Notes under the pieces: generated by a model | Databases searched by the model: none | Seen by the model: the letters and a program-made list of their open reading frames with translations, nothing else | Told to the model about the DNA's origin: nothing | NCBI GenBank assembly: GCA_002428045.1 | Contig: DIZZ01000281.1 | Coordinates: forward strand, 1,634-65,633 | Direction: 5' to 3' | Source: Verrucomicrobia bacterium UBA6015 | GTDB lineage: Bacteria; Verrucomicrobiota; Kiritimatiellia; UBA8416 | Length of the DNA: 64,000 nt | Program-made: the position numbers and the translations under genes | In this document: positions 56,132-64,000 of the stretch, one piece after another | How the letters are laid out: every line of letters starts with the position of its first letter | Numbering within the stretch: the stretch's first letter is position 1

Positions 56132-57331
56132 CGGGACTCTCTGGTGCGCTTGGTTCAGCGCGGTTTCCAGATAATGCAGGGTTATTCCGTATTGTGCTTT
56201 CGCCTGCCCAAGCGTGTGGCGTATTCGGTCTGGATCGGGGGTAAAGTGAGGATCTTTGGTTCCGGCAATCATCAGGTTTTTGGGCGTGTGGGTGCCGGCG
56301 ATGAACTCGAACACACGCGTCCGGTATCCGTGTAGCTCCATGATCAATGCACGCATGGCGTCCGTTATCAGTTCCGCCTGCCGCTCCATTAGGATGCCGT
56401 GCTTGATGATCAGGTCGTTGGTCTTGCCTGGATGATGGGTCTCGATCTCGCGCCGTATCTGCTGGTGGCAGCAGGGGGCCACAACAATTAACTGGGCACC
56501 TGCCACGATGCCCTTGGCGATGGCGTCATCGGTGGCCGTGTCGCAGGCATGCAGTGCAATCAGGGCGTCGATACCGTGGGGATCGACATCCTCAATGCAT
56601 CCTTCCACAAACCGCAGATCCAGGAATCCGGACGCGGTGGCGGTCCGATTGGCCGCCGTCACGAGTTCGTGACGCCGTTCCACGCCGGTGACATCGGCTT
56701 TCAAGTGGCGGACATTCGTCAGGTAGTCATACAGTGCAAAGGTCAGATACCCCTTGCCGCAGCCCATATCGACAAACGTGCGCATGTCGTCAGGGATCAT
56801 CGGCGCGAGCAGTTCGACATAGCGGTTGATCTGACGATACTTGTCTTCTGCCGATTTGAGTACGATGCCGTCCGTCGTGGTGATTCCAAGATCGTGCAAG
56901 TAGTTTTTCCCGTCGGTCGTCAGTAACCGCGGTTTCGCCTTGTCGTGGGTGGTCGGCATGGGCGGATGCGCCTGGGCGATACGCCGGATGGTTTCTCGCC
57001 CGTTTTGGTGTCGTTCGAACGTGATCTCCTGTGACGTGGTCGTCAGCGTGGCCGTCTGGAAATCCTTGGAAAGGAACTGCAGGATCTGCTCGATCGCGGT
57101 CTCGACATCGGCATTCTTAACCACATCTCGGGTCTGGTAGCGATACGTGAAGCCCAGCATTTGGCTGCCTCTGATAATCACGCGGCGGATCCTGATCTTT
57201 CGGAGCGCTGGCTCGCTACCGGTATAATGTCCGAGCACCACGCCGACAAAGGTTTCGTCCCGGAGGCTGTCGATTAGGTCCCGGTGCCAGTTACGTAGCG
57301 GCACAGATGGCGTTTTTTCAGGTTCGTTCAT
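56120..57331 (-). CDS. Class I SAM-dependent methyltransferase
   Basis: SAM-binding VDMGCGKGYLTFAL. Start set at MNEPEKT; the track ORF extends to 57544. Confidence 0.6.
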   Translation of the reverse strand: MNEPEKTPSVPLRNWHRDLIDSLRDETFVGVVLGHYTGSEPALRKIRIRRVIIRGSQMLGFTYRYQTRDVVKNADVETAIEQILQFLSKDFQTATLTTTSQEITFERHQNGRETIRRIAQAHPPMPTTHDKAKPRLLTTDGKNYLHDLGITTTDGIVLKSAEDKYRQINRYVELLAPMIPDDMRTFVDMGCGKGYLTFALYDYLTNVRHLKADVTGVERRHELVTAANRTATASGFLDLRFVEGCIEDVDPHGIDALIALHACDTATDDAIAKGIVAGAQLIVVAPCCHQQIRREIETHHPGKTNDLIIKHGILMERQAELITDAMRALIMELHGYRTRVFEFIAGTHTPKNLMIAGTKDPHFTPDPDRIRHTLGQAKAQYGITLHYLETALNQAHQRVPSVR

Positions 57332-57560
57332 TTGTGAGACCGTAGTACCCGATACGGCGCGACATGTCAACACCGGGGAAGCGTGGATGTTGCGTTTCGA
57401 GCACCATCGCAGACCGGTGGATTGCCCCTCCTTTTGAATGGTTGATCGTACCGTTGCGAAAAGACGTGCTGATTGCCTTGTATGGACGCTATGATTCTTG
57501 CCATTCGGTTTTGTTGTGCGTAGATTAAAACTGTTTGAACCCACATTCGGATTAGGAGTT

Positions 57561-58376
57561 ATGGAATTATTTGATACACATGTTCATTTCCTCGCGCAGG
57601 AAGGGGCGTTCGCCATGGAGCCGGTGATGTCCCGTGCGGTCCAGGCCGGGGTTGTCGGGTTGGTGGCGGTCGGTGGCTCCTGTGATCTGAACAAGACGGC
57701 GGTAGAGGCTACCCAGCGTTATCCGGGACTTGTGTCGGCGGCGATCGGGTTCGACCGGAGTCAGACGGATGAGTTGATGAGCATGCCGCTGATTGATGAT
57801 GCCGTTGGCCGCTTGCGCCGATCGGTCGATGGCTTGCGCGCCTTGGGCACCAGGATCTGTGCGATCGGTGAAATCGGGCTCGACTATCACTATGCGGAGG
57901 GGACCAGCGTCTTGCAGCAGTCGCTGTTCTCCGACCAGTGTTCGTTGGCGGCGTCGCTGCATTTGCCGGTGGTGGTCCATTGCCGCGATGCCGAGGAGGA
58001 TGTCCTGCGGATCCTGGGTGCGTATCGCCAGCAATGCCGGGGACGCGAGCTGATCGGGGTCCTGCATTGCTTCACGGGCACCCTCGGTTTTGCTGAACGT
58101 CTGCTTGAACTCGGGTTCATGATCAGTTTCAGCGGCATCGTGACCTTCCGGAATGCGGATGCCTTGCGCGATGTGGCGAGGACGATTCCCTTGGATCGCC
58201 TGCTGGTCGAGACGGATTCGCCATTCCTGGCACCTATCCCGCACCGTGGCAAAAAGAACGAACCCGCGTTTGTCCGTGACGTCGTCAACGCGCTTGCAAC
58301 CCTTCGTGGCATCGCCCCCGACGCGCTCGCCCGGCAAACCACCGCTAATGCACGAGCCCTTTTTGCATTCAATTGA
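57561..58376 (+). CDS. tatD: TatD-family metal-dependent hydrolase
   Basis: MELFDTHVHF...GEIGLDYHY...VVVHCRDA. RBS AGGAG. Confidence 0.8.
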   Translation: MELFDTHVHFLAQEGAFAMEPVMSRAVQAGVVGLVAVGGSCDLNKTAVEATQRYPGLVSAAIGFDRSQTDELMSMPLIDDAVGRLRRSVDGLRALGTRICAIGEIGLDYHYAEGTSVLQQSLFSDQCSLAASLHLPVVVHCRDAEEDVLRILGAYRQQCRGRELIGVLHCFTGTLGFAERLLELGFMISFSGIVTFRNADALRDVARTIPLDRLLVETDSPFLAPIPHRGKKNEPAFVRDVVNALATLRGIAPDALARQTTANARALFAFN

Positions 58377-58413
58377 CGTAACGGAACCAATACCGATAAA
58401 AACAGAGTAATGA

Positions 58414-59421
58414 ATGATGAATCAAGAAAACGCGGTGATCTTTTGCGATCGGGAAGCGACGTTCGGTAACGTCTTCGGGCAGGGGCGCTTGGAGCAACTG
58501 GCGTCGGTGACATCGCTTTATCCCGAGGTGGTGGGGGATGCGAATTTCGAAGCGCATGTCGACAAATTGGCTGATGTCGAGGTGGCTTTCTCGACCTGGG
58601 GCATGCCGTCGCTGTCGGCGTCCCAGGTGGCGCGTTTGCCCTCGCTGAAAGCGGTATTCTATGCGGCGGGCACGGTGAAGGCCTTTGCTCCGCCGTTTTT
58701 GTCGCGTGGGATCGTCGTGTGCAGCGCCTGGGGTGCAAATGCCGTTTCCGTTGCCGAGTTCTGTCTGGGGCAGGTGCTGCTGGCCTGCAAGGGGTATTTC
58801 CGCAATACGAGGGACTGCCGAGATGTGGACGCCGTTTATTCCAAAACCCCGTTTCGTGGCAAAGGGGCTTATGGCGAGACGATCGCCCTGATTGGGGCGG
58901 GGCAGATCGGGCGCAAGCTGATTGAGCTGCTGCGCCCCTTCCGGCTGCGGATCCTTGTGGTTGATCCTTATCTGGCGGATGCCGATGCCGCAGCCCTGGG
59001 GGTGGAAACGGTCAGTCTGGAAACGGCCTTCCGCGATGCCTGTGTGGTCAGTAACCATCTACCTAATCTCCCGTCGCTACAAAAGGTATTGGGCCGGACA
59101 TTGTTTGCATCCATGCGACAGGGGGCGACGTTCATCAATACCGGGCGCGGAGCTCAGGTCAATGAGGCGGACCTGGTTGCGGTCTGGCGGGAGCGTCCGG
59201 ATCTGCTCGCGCTGCTGGATGTCACCTATCCGGAACCCCCAGCCCGTGACAGTGGCTTGTTTCTGTTGCCGAATATCCAGCTTTCCAATCACATGGCCGG
59301 CGCCCATGATGACGAGGTCGTGCGGATGGCGGATTATATGCTGGAAGAGTTCCGTCGGTACCAGGCGGGCGAACCGCTGCGCTATTCCGTCAGCCTTGAC
59401 ATGCTTGACCGCATGGCATGA
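58414..59421 (+). CDS. D-isomer-specific 2-hydroxyacid dehydrogenase family protein
   Basis: NAD-binding ALIGAGQIGRKL, and the catalytic R...E...H region (NTGRGAQV...SNHMAG). Confidence 0.7.
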   Translation: MMNQENAVIFCDREATFGNVFGQGRLEQLASVTSLYPEVVGDANFEAHVDKLADVEVAFSTWGMPSLSASQVARLPSLKAVFYAAGTVKAFAPPFLSRGIVVCSAWGANAVSVAEFCLGQVLLACKGYFRNTRDCRDVDAVYSKTPFRGKGAYGETIALIGAGQIGRKLIELLRPFRLRILVVDPYLADADAAALGVETVSLETAFRDACVVSNHLPNLPSLQKVLGRTLFASMRQGATFINTGRGAQVNEADLVAVWRERPDLLALLDVTYPEPPARDSGLFLLPNIQLSNHMAGAHDDEVVRMADYMLEEFRRYQAGEPLRYSVSLDMLDRMA

Positions 59422-59483
59422 TTGGCGCTTGCTTTTCAAGTATATGTGACATGTTGGCGGCAATCAAATAAGGAGCCTTTTGC

Positions 59484-60290
59484 ATGAAATGGACATTGCC
59501 AATTGCCTCCTATCTCGGATTGCTTGTCACCGCAACCGTTGCCACCGCCCAGGTCGATGACCCACGCGGGGAGACGGCGCGTTCACGATCAATTACTCTC
59601 GGTAATGGCGTCGCCCTGGAGATGGTCTGGATCCCGCCGGGCACCTTCACCATGGGCAGTCCGGAGAGCGAGCAGGGGCGCGATAATGACGAGAAGGAGC
59701 ACCGCGTGACGCTGACCAAAGGCTTCTGGATGGGCAAATTCGAGGTTACACAGGAACAGTGGCAAGCGGTGATGGGTAATAACCCGAGTGAGTTCAAGGG
59801 GGCGAAGCTCCCCGTGGAGCAGGTCTCATGGGACGACTGCCAGTCGTTTCTCCAGAATCTGAACAGGGTGTCGGGCATCGGGCGTCGGGTGTCCTTGGGT
59901 CAGTTCCGGCTACCGACGGAGGCGGAGTGGGAATATGCGTGCCGTGCGGGGAGGACGGTGCCGTATGCAGGTGATCTGGCCGTGATGGGCTGGTATGACA
60001 AGATCAGCGAGAGCAAAACGCATCCGGTGGGTCAGAAGCAGCCGAACGCCTGGGGACTCTACGATATGCACGGGAATGTATGGGAGTGGTGCCAGGACAG
60101 AGGCGGTGATTATCCGGGGTGCGCGGTGACGGATCCCGAGGGGGCACTCTCGGGATCGTTTCGCGTGTTCCGGGGCGGGAGTTGGGACTTCACCGCCGTG
60201 GGCTGCCGATCGGCGAACCGCCTCAGGTATGTGCCGATCTACCGGTACGACGACCTAGGCGTGCGCGTGGTTCTTGCACCGGCTCCATAA
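59484..60290 (+). CDS. Secreted formylglycine-generating-enzyme-family (SUMF1/FGE-sulfatase domain) protein
   Basis: Signal peptide and RBS AAGGAG. WMGKFEVTQEQW...RLPTEAEWEYACRAG...FRGGSWDF...GVRVVLA. Confidence 0.7.
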   Translation: MKWTLPIASYLGLLVTATVATAQVDDPRGETARSRSITLGNGVALEMVWIPPGTFTMGSPESEQGRDNDEKEHRVTLTKGFWMGKFEVTQEQWQAVMGNNPSEFKGAKLPVEQVSWDDCQSFLQNLNRVSGIGRRVSLGQFRLPTEAEWEYACRAGRTVPYAGDLAVMGWYDKISESKTHPVGQKQPNAWGLYDMHGNVWEWCQDRGGDYPGCAVTDPEGALSGSFRVFRGGSWDFTAVGCRSANRLRYVPIYRYDDLGVRVVLAPAP

Positions 60291-61575
60291 CGCGTGAGGG
60301 AGATGCGATCAGGACGTCGCCTTCGGTGCGGGCAGGAACGCAGGTGACTAGCGTGTTGCGGGGCAAGTGTATGCCGTGGATGCATACCGGCAGGTAGTGA
60401 TCCGTCCAGCCGATCGACTGGTCTGGGTTGTCGGTATGTTCGGTCAACAGGGTGACCGGCTGGCCGATGAAACGACAGGCAAATGCCAAACGCTTGGCAT
60501 GCCCGAGGGCGATCAATTCGGCTGCTCGTGCTTTTCTGACGCTTGCAGGTATCTGGTCTCTCATCCCGGCGGCGGGAGTGCCCCGGCGGAGACTGTAGGT
60601 AAAGACGTGCAGGTTACTAAAGGGCAGCGACTCAATCAGTGTCGCCGTATGGCGGAATGCCTGCTCGCTTTCTCCGGGAAACCCGACAATGACGTCGGTG
60701 CCGAGTCCGATATCCGGCACCTTTTCCCTCGCGTATTCGACCGTGGCCCGGTATTGATCCGGCGTGTAGCGGCGCTGCATCCGGCGCAGCACCTCCGCGT
60801 CACCGCTCTGGAGTGGCAGGTGCAGGAACCGACACAGCTTTTTTGACTGCGCCATGAAGTCGATGATCTCTCGCTCAACGGTGGTGCTTTCGATCGACCC
60901 GATGCGCAGCCGTTCCAGACCGATGATGGATTCGGCCGCCGCGAGCAGATCGATCAGCCCGTAGGGCGGATCACGGTAGCAGCCCAGATTGGCGGCCGCC
61001 AGCGTGATCTCGCGGTGCCCGGCATCGACCAGTCGCTGGATCTCGTCGATGATCTGCAGGAACGGTCTGCTGCGGGGGGCTCCGCGTGTCTCGGGGACGA
61101 TGCAGTAGCTGCACCGGAAATCGCATCCATCCTGTACTTTGACCAGGGCGCGCGTGGTCGAGAAGACGGGAGCCCCTATACGTTGAGGATTGGTTTGCTT
61201 GGCTGATGGCGCTGTCGGGGGCGTCGGCATGGACGCCACCCGTGCCGCGAGCTGCACAGGCAGGTTGAACTTCTGAGCCTGATCGGCGATGAGATCGGCA
61301 CCGGTGGCGGCCTTCAGTGCGTCGCCGTTGTGCTCAACGGCACAGCCCGCCAGCACGACCAGTCGGGCGCCCTGGCGGCGGGCACGGCGGGCCCACTGGG
61401 CACAATCGCTTTCGGCGCGCTGGGTAATCGTGCAGGTGTTGATCACGGCCACGTCGCATGCGCTGCCAAAATCTACCACCTGCCATCCCGCCATATCAAA
61501 TTGCTCGTTGATCTGGGCCGTTTCCGCCTGGTTCAGGCGGCAGCCGATCGTCTTGAAGGATACCGAGTAGGGCAT
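60223..61575 (-). CDS. mtaB: tRNA methylthiotransferase, MtaB-like (MTTase-N + radical SAM + TRAM)
   Basis: KTIGCRLNQAETAQ (MTTase N-terminus), CDFRCSYC (Cx3Cx2C), and a TRAM-like C-terminus. An unusual Ala/Pro-rich linker separates the N-terminal domain from the radical-SAM core. Confidence 0.7.
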   Translation of the reverse strand: MPYSVSFKTIGCRLNQAETAQINEQFDMAGWQVVDFGSACDVAVINTCTITQRAESDCAQWARRARRQGARLVVLAGCAVEHNGDALKAATGADLIADQAQKFNLPVQLAARVASMPTPPTAPSAKQTNPQRIGAPVFSTTRALVKVQDGCDFRCSYCIVPETRGAPRSRPFLQIIDEIQRLVDAGHREITLAAANLGCYRDPPYGLIDLLAAAESIIGLERLRIGSIESTTVEREIIDFMAQSKKLCRFLHLPLQSGDAEVLRRMQRRYTPDQYRATVEYAREKVPDIGLGTDVIVGFPGESEQAFRHTATLIESLPFSNLHVFTYSLRRGTPAAGMRDQIPASVRKARAAELIALGHAKRLAFACRFIGQPVTLLTEHTDNPDQSIGWTDHYLPVCIHGIHLPRNTLVTCVPARTEGDVLIASPSRVMEPVQEPRARLGRRTGRSAHT

Positions 61576-61583
61576 GGTATAAC

Positions 61584-62729
61584 TCAGCGTTGGTGCGAGA
61601 AGACCGCCTGCGTGTCCAGGGTCTGCAGTCGCAGGTCGATTTCAGGTTTTTGTACATGGGTGGTCAGCAGGGCGCTGGCGATGTCATCGGCGTTGCGGGT
61701 GGGCACGATCAGGGTTCCGATTTCCCTGGCGCCGTCGATCTCCGTGCGTGCGTCGGCCCGCAGTCGGCGTACGGTGGACACGGTGGCGGCACCCGCACCG
61801 GCCTGCATCGCGCGTTGAACCAGTAGATCGGCACCTCCTTCCGCGCAGATAAATGTGATTTCGCGGTAGTGGTGCTGGAGCCGCATGCCCTCATGGCGTG
61901 CAATCTGGCGGTCGGCGGCACGGAATCGCTGGCGCCATGCGGTTCCGTCTTTAAGGTCATCGACGGCGGCGATGATCTGTTCAATACTGGCGGCATGCTG
62001 CGGCTTGCCGATGCGCAACATCGGGTCGATCCGTCCGAAGCAGACGGGCGTACGGTACAGGAACCCACCCCCGGGGCGATCCATGTGGGTCGTCTCGACC
62101 AGTAGTCGCAAGATGCCGTCGGCATCATGCGCAGGGACCACGAGGTGTACAATCTCCTTTTCGGGAGGAATCGTAATCCGCAAAAGCCCAAGCCGGTCAC
62201 GGATTCCGGTGCCGATGCCGAGACTGACGATTGGAGCTCCAGCCCGCAGCTCGAGCGTCTCTCTGACAAAGGCGTTTTCGTTGCCGGCACCGGAGAGGAT
62301 CGCCGTGATGAGGGCGAAGTCGGTCAATAGTCCGCTTTTCCCTTTCGATCCCAAGCTGCCAAGCGCGGTGCTGGACAGGCCGGTCAGAGACGTCCCATAG
62401 TCGTCGATATTCTGGGCATAAATGGACCCCCGTCCGGATGCCGAGAGTTCGATGGCGTCGATCAAGCCGTTCATTACCGTGATGGCAACGTCACGGTGAC
62501 AGGTGATTCGGAAGATATCGGTGGGGGAATCATTCAGGCTGGTAGCCATGCCGGGAAGCGGCCATGGGCGGGGAACCGCCTGCTGGCGTACGCAGCGCGC
62601 ACTCTGCACGAGGACGTCGGGAATCCCGAACGCCTCCAGCGCCTCGGCCGCCCTGGACGCCAGCCGTTGGTGTACACAGCAGGTGATACGGGTGGCGGGC
62701 CTGGCTTGAGGAAGCGGGGAGTCACTCAC
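61584..62729 (-). CDS. Multi-repeat P-II-like (GlnB-like ferredoxin-fold) protein
   Basis: Repeated segments aligning to P-II beta-alpha-beta units, e.g. REITFICAEGGADLLVQRAMQAGAGAATVSTV...EIGTLIVPTRNADDIASALLTT and IVHLVVPAHDADGILRLLVETTHMDRPGGGFLY. Start proposed at GTG preceded by AGGAGG, overlapping the upstream stop (GTGAGTGA). The track's upstream ATG extension looks non-proteinaceous. Confidence 0.5.
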   Translation of the reverse strand: MSDSPLPQARPATRITCCVHQRLASRAAEALEAFGIPDVLVQSARCVRQQAVPRPWPLPGMATSLNDSPTDIFRITCHRDVAITVMNGLIDAIELSASGRGSIYAQNIDDYGTSLTGLSSTALGSLGSKGKSGLLTDFALITAILSGAGNENAFVRETLELRAGAPIVSLGIGTGIRDRLGLLRITIPPEKEIVHLVVPAHDADGILRLLVETTHMDRPGGGFLYRTPVCFGRIDPMLRIGKPQHAASIEQIIAAVDDLKDGTAWRQRFRAADRQIARHEGMRLQHHYREITFICAEGGADLLVQRAMQAGAGAATVSTVRRLRADARTEIDGAREIGTLIVPTRNADDIASALLTTHVQKPEIDLRLQTLDTQAVFSHQR

Positions 62730-63942
62730 CGGCGGCCTCCTGACTGATGGCCCGGAAAACCCGACGTTGTCGCGATCGAATGACCATTCCGTAAAGCAGG
62801 ACGCTGAGTACTGGATAGGCTGACGCCATGGCCAGCAATCCGAACCCATCGGATACATCCACGGCACTCCCTATCCCGAAGCCCATGGCCAGCACGAGGG
62901 GAACGGTCACCGGTCCGGTGGTGACGCCCCCGGAATCCCAGGCGATGGCCGCGAAATCCTCTTCGCTGATCCAGGTCAGGGGCAGCAGCAGCAGGTAAGG
63001 TGGCACGAGCAGCCAGAGGATCGGGATATCATACAGGATCCTGATCACCCCGACCACAACGCCGGTGCCCACGCCCGCCGCCACCGCATGGATGACTCCT
63101 CTGCTACGGATGGTTCCCGCCGAGATAGTTTCCACGGAACGTCCCAGTGCGGCCAGTGCCGGTTCCGCCAAGGTGGCGCCGTAACCCAGACCGAAGGCAA
63201 AAAGGAAAACCAGGCCGATCCCGGCCAGGGTCAAGCGCGGGCCGAATAGCGGTGGACGCTTGACGACATGCTCATAGCGGTGGTTGACCGCGTCATACTG
63301 GGCGGGGTCAAAGGCAACCGCCTCGGTGCCGCCACGTGGCGTATCGAGGAAAAAGAATTGTTCGCACCTGCCCTCGGCGGTATGGCGGGTATACACTGAT
63401 TCGGGATGGAACGGCTCGATCAGGATTTGCCCCTCCACCTTGTCGATACTACGGAACAAGCGGGGCAGGGGACGCCCTACCTGGTTCCCGAGCGTCACTA
63501 GGCCGATCTGGATTCCGCTGGTCAACACGGCCATGCCGATCAGTGACATGCCGATACCAAGGATCACCTCGTCATGATGGCGCGGGCGATCCCGCAGCAG
63601 CACCAGTACCCCCAGCAGGAGCAGGGTCAGGGGGACGATCGTCCGCAACGCCCCGATGCATTGGCTCCTGAAAATCGTGGAGATGGGATCGCCGGCATCG
63701 TTTTCCAGAGCGACTGGAGCGTTGTTCAATGGGCTGTGCAGAAGCTCCCGCTCCTCCCTGGATGCGTATTGGTTGATCCACTCAGGAAGCGGCATGCTGG
63801 CAAGCAAGTGGCGCCGGTTCGTGGAGGTTGCCAGACTCGTGACCGCCTTGAGGTATGCGCCCTCGTCTGGATAGCAGGACCGACGAGAGGGGGCACCAGC
63901 ATGGCGGAAGGCATGCTGCCGCAGTGCGGCTTCCGACCCCAT
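62722..63942 (-). CDS. Polytopic membrane protein, DUF1538-like (start uncertain; frame stays open to the window edge)
   Basis: Multiple TM helices (LLLLGVLVLL, LAGIGLVFLFAFGLGYG, GVGTGVVVGVIRILY, VTVPLVLAMGFGIG). No in-frame stop between 63942 and 64000 on this strand. Confidence 0.45.
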   Translation of the reverse strand: MGSEAALRQHAFRHAGAPSRRSCYPDEGAYLKAVTSLATSTNRRHLLASMPLPEWINQYASREERELLHSPLNNAPVALENDAGDPISTIFRSQCIGALRTIVPLTLLLLGVLVLLRDRPRHHDEVILGIGMSLIGMAVLTSGIQIGLVTLGNQVGRPLPRLFRSIDKVEGQILIEPFHPESVYTRHTAEGRCEQFFFLDTPRGGTEAVAFDPAQYDAVNHRYEHVVKRPPLFGPRLTLAGIGLVFLFAFGLGYGATLAEPALAALGRSVETISAGTIRSRGVIHAVAAGVGTGVVVGVIRILYDIPILWLLVPPYLLLLPLTWISEEDFAAIAWDSGGVTTGPVTVPLVLAMGFGIGSAVDVSDGFGLLAMASAYPVLSVLLYGMVIRSRQRRVFRAISQEAAGE

Positions 63943-64000
63943 CAGCGCCAGGGCGGCCGGGCGATTTCCTGGCGAGAAAAATGAGGCTTCATCGACCGGT

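Overview
This is a GC-rich (~60-65%) bacterial chromosomal window. Coding is dense on both strands, and most other entries in the six-frame track are antisense open frames produced by the GC bias. The gene content suggests a diderm bacterium, possibly of the PVC group (Kiritimatiellota/Verrucomicrobiota-like). That placement is inference only and rests on: mreBCD-mrdA-rodA, lptD, sulfatase and formylglycine-enzyme homologues, a GspG-like pseudopilin, and genes with no obvious Shine-Dalgarno.

Layout, left to right:
(1) A low-GC accessory patch with a Phd/YefM-RelE/ParE toxin-antitoxin pair.
(2) Two paralogous AAA-ATPase/PD-(D/E)XK (DUF1703-type) genes that bracket a translationally coupled GT2 - flavoprotein - SDR - Gfo/Idh/MocA operon.
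(3) rlmN.
(4) A surface/glycan locus: a 1755-aa inverse-autotransporter-like beta-helix adhesin with an internal ~690-nt tandem duplication, a GH2 glycosidase, a Cys-type sulfatase, and a 2118-aa secreted giant protein.
(5) A hipBA toxin-antitoxin module with a palindromic operator in an AT-rich intergenic region.
(6) A DUF4143 AAA ATPase.
(7) An orphan GC-rich ~300-nt unit. It sits between a promoter-like 33-nt element, which recurs 4.8 kb away, and an intrinsic terminator.
(8) A PAS/GAF hybrid histidine kinase, divergent from a minimal radical-SAM protein with an atypical Cx4Cx2C motif.
(9) A secreted LPP20/DUF4384 protein, a caspase(C14)-FGE-sulfatase-domain fusion, a YidD-domain/TPR/TM fusion, and a small anchored protein, ending in a clean terminator.
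(10) Housekeeping genes: lipid kinase, EEP phosphatase, pheA, mreBCD-mrdA-rodA, rng, lptD, a family-B DNA polymerase followed by a pseudopilin, a methyltransferase, tatD, a 2-hydroxyacid dehydrogenase, a second secreted FGE-like protein, and mtaB.
(11) A multi-repeat P-II-like protein translationally coupled to a DUF1538-like membrane protein at the window edge.

I could not support any rRNA, tRNA, CRISPR array or transposase. All family assignments come from motif reading only; no database search was possible.
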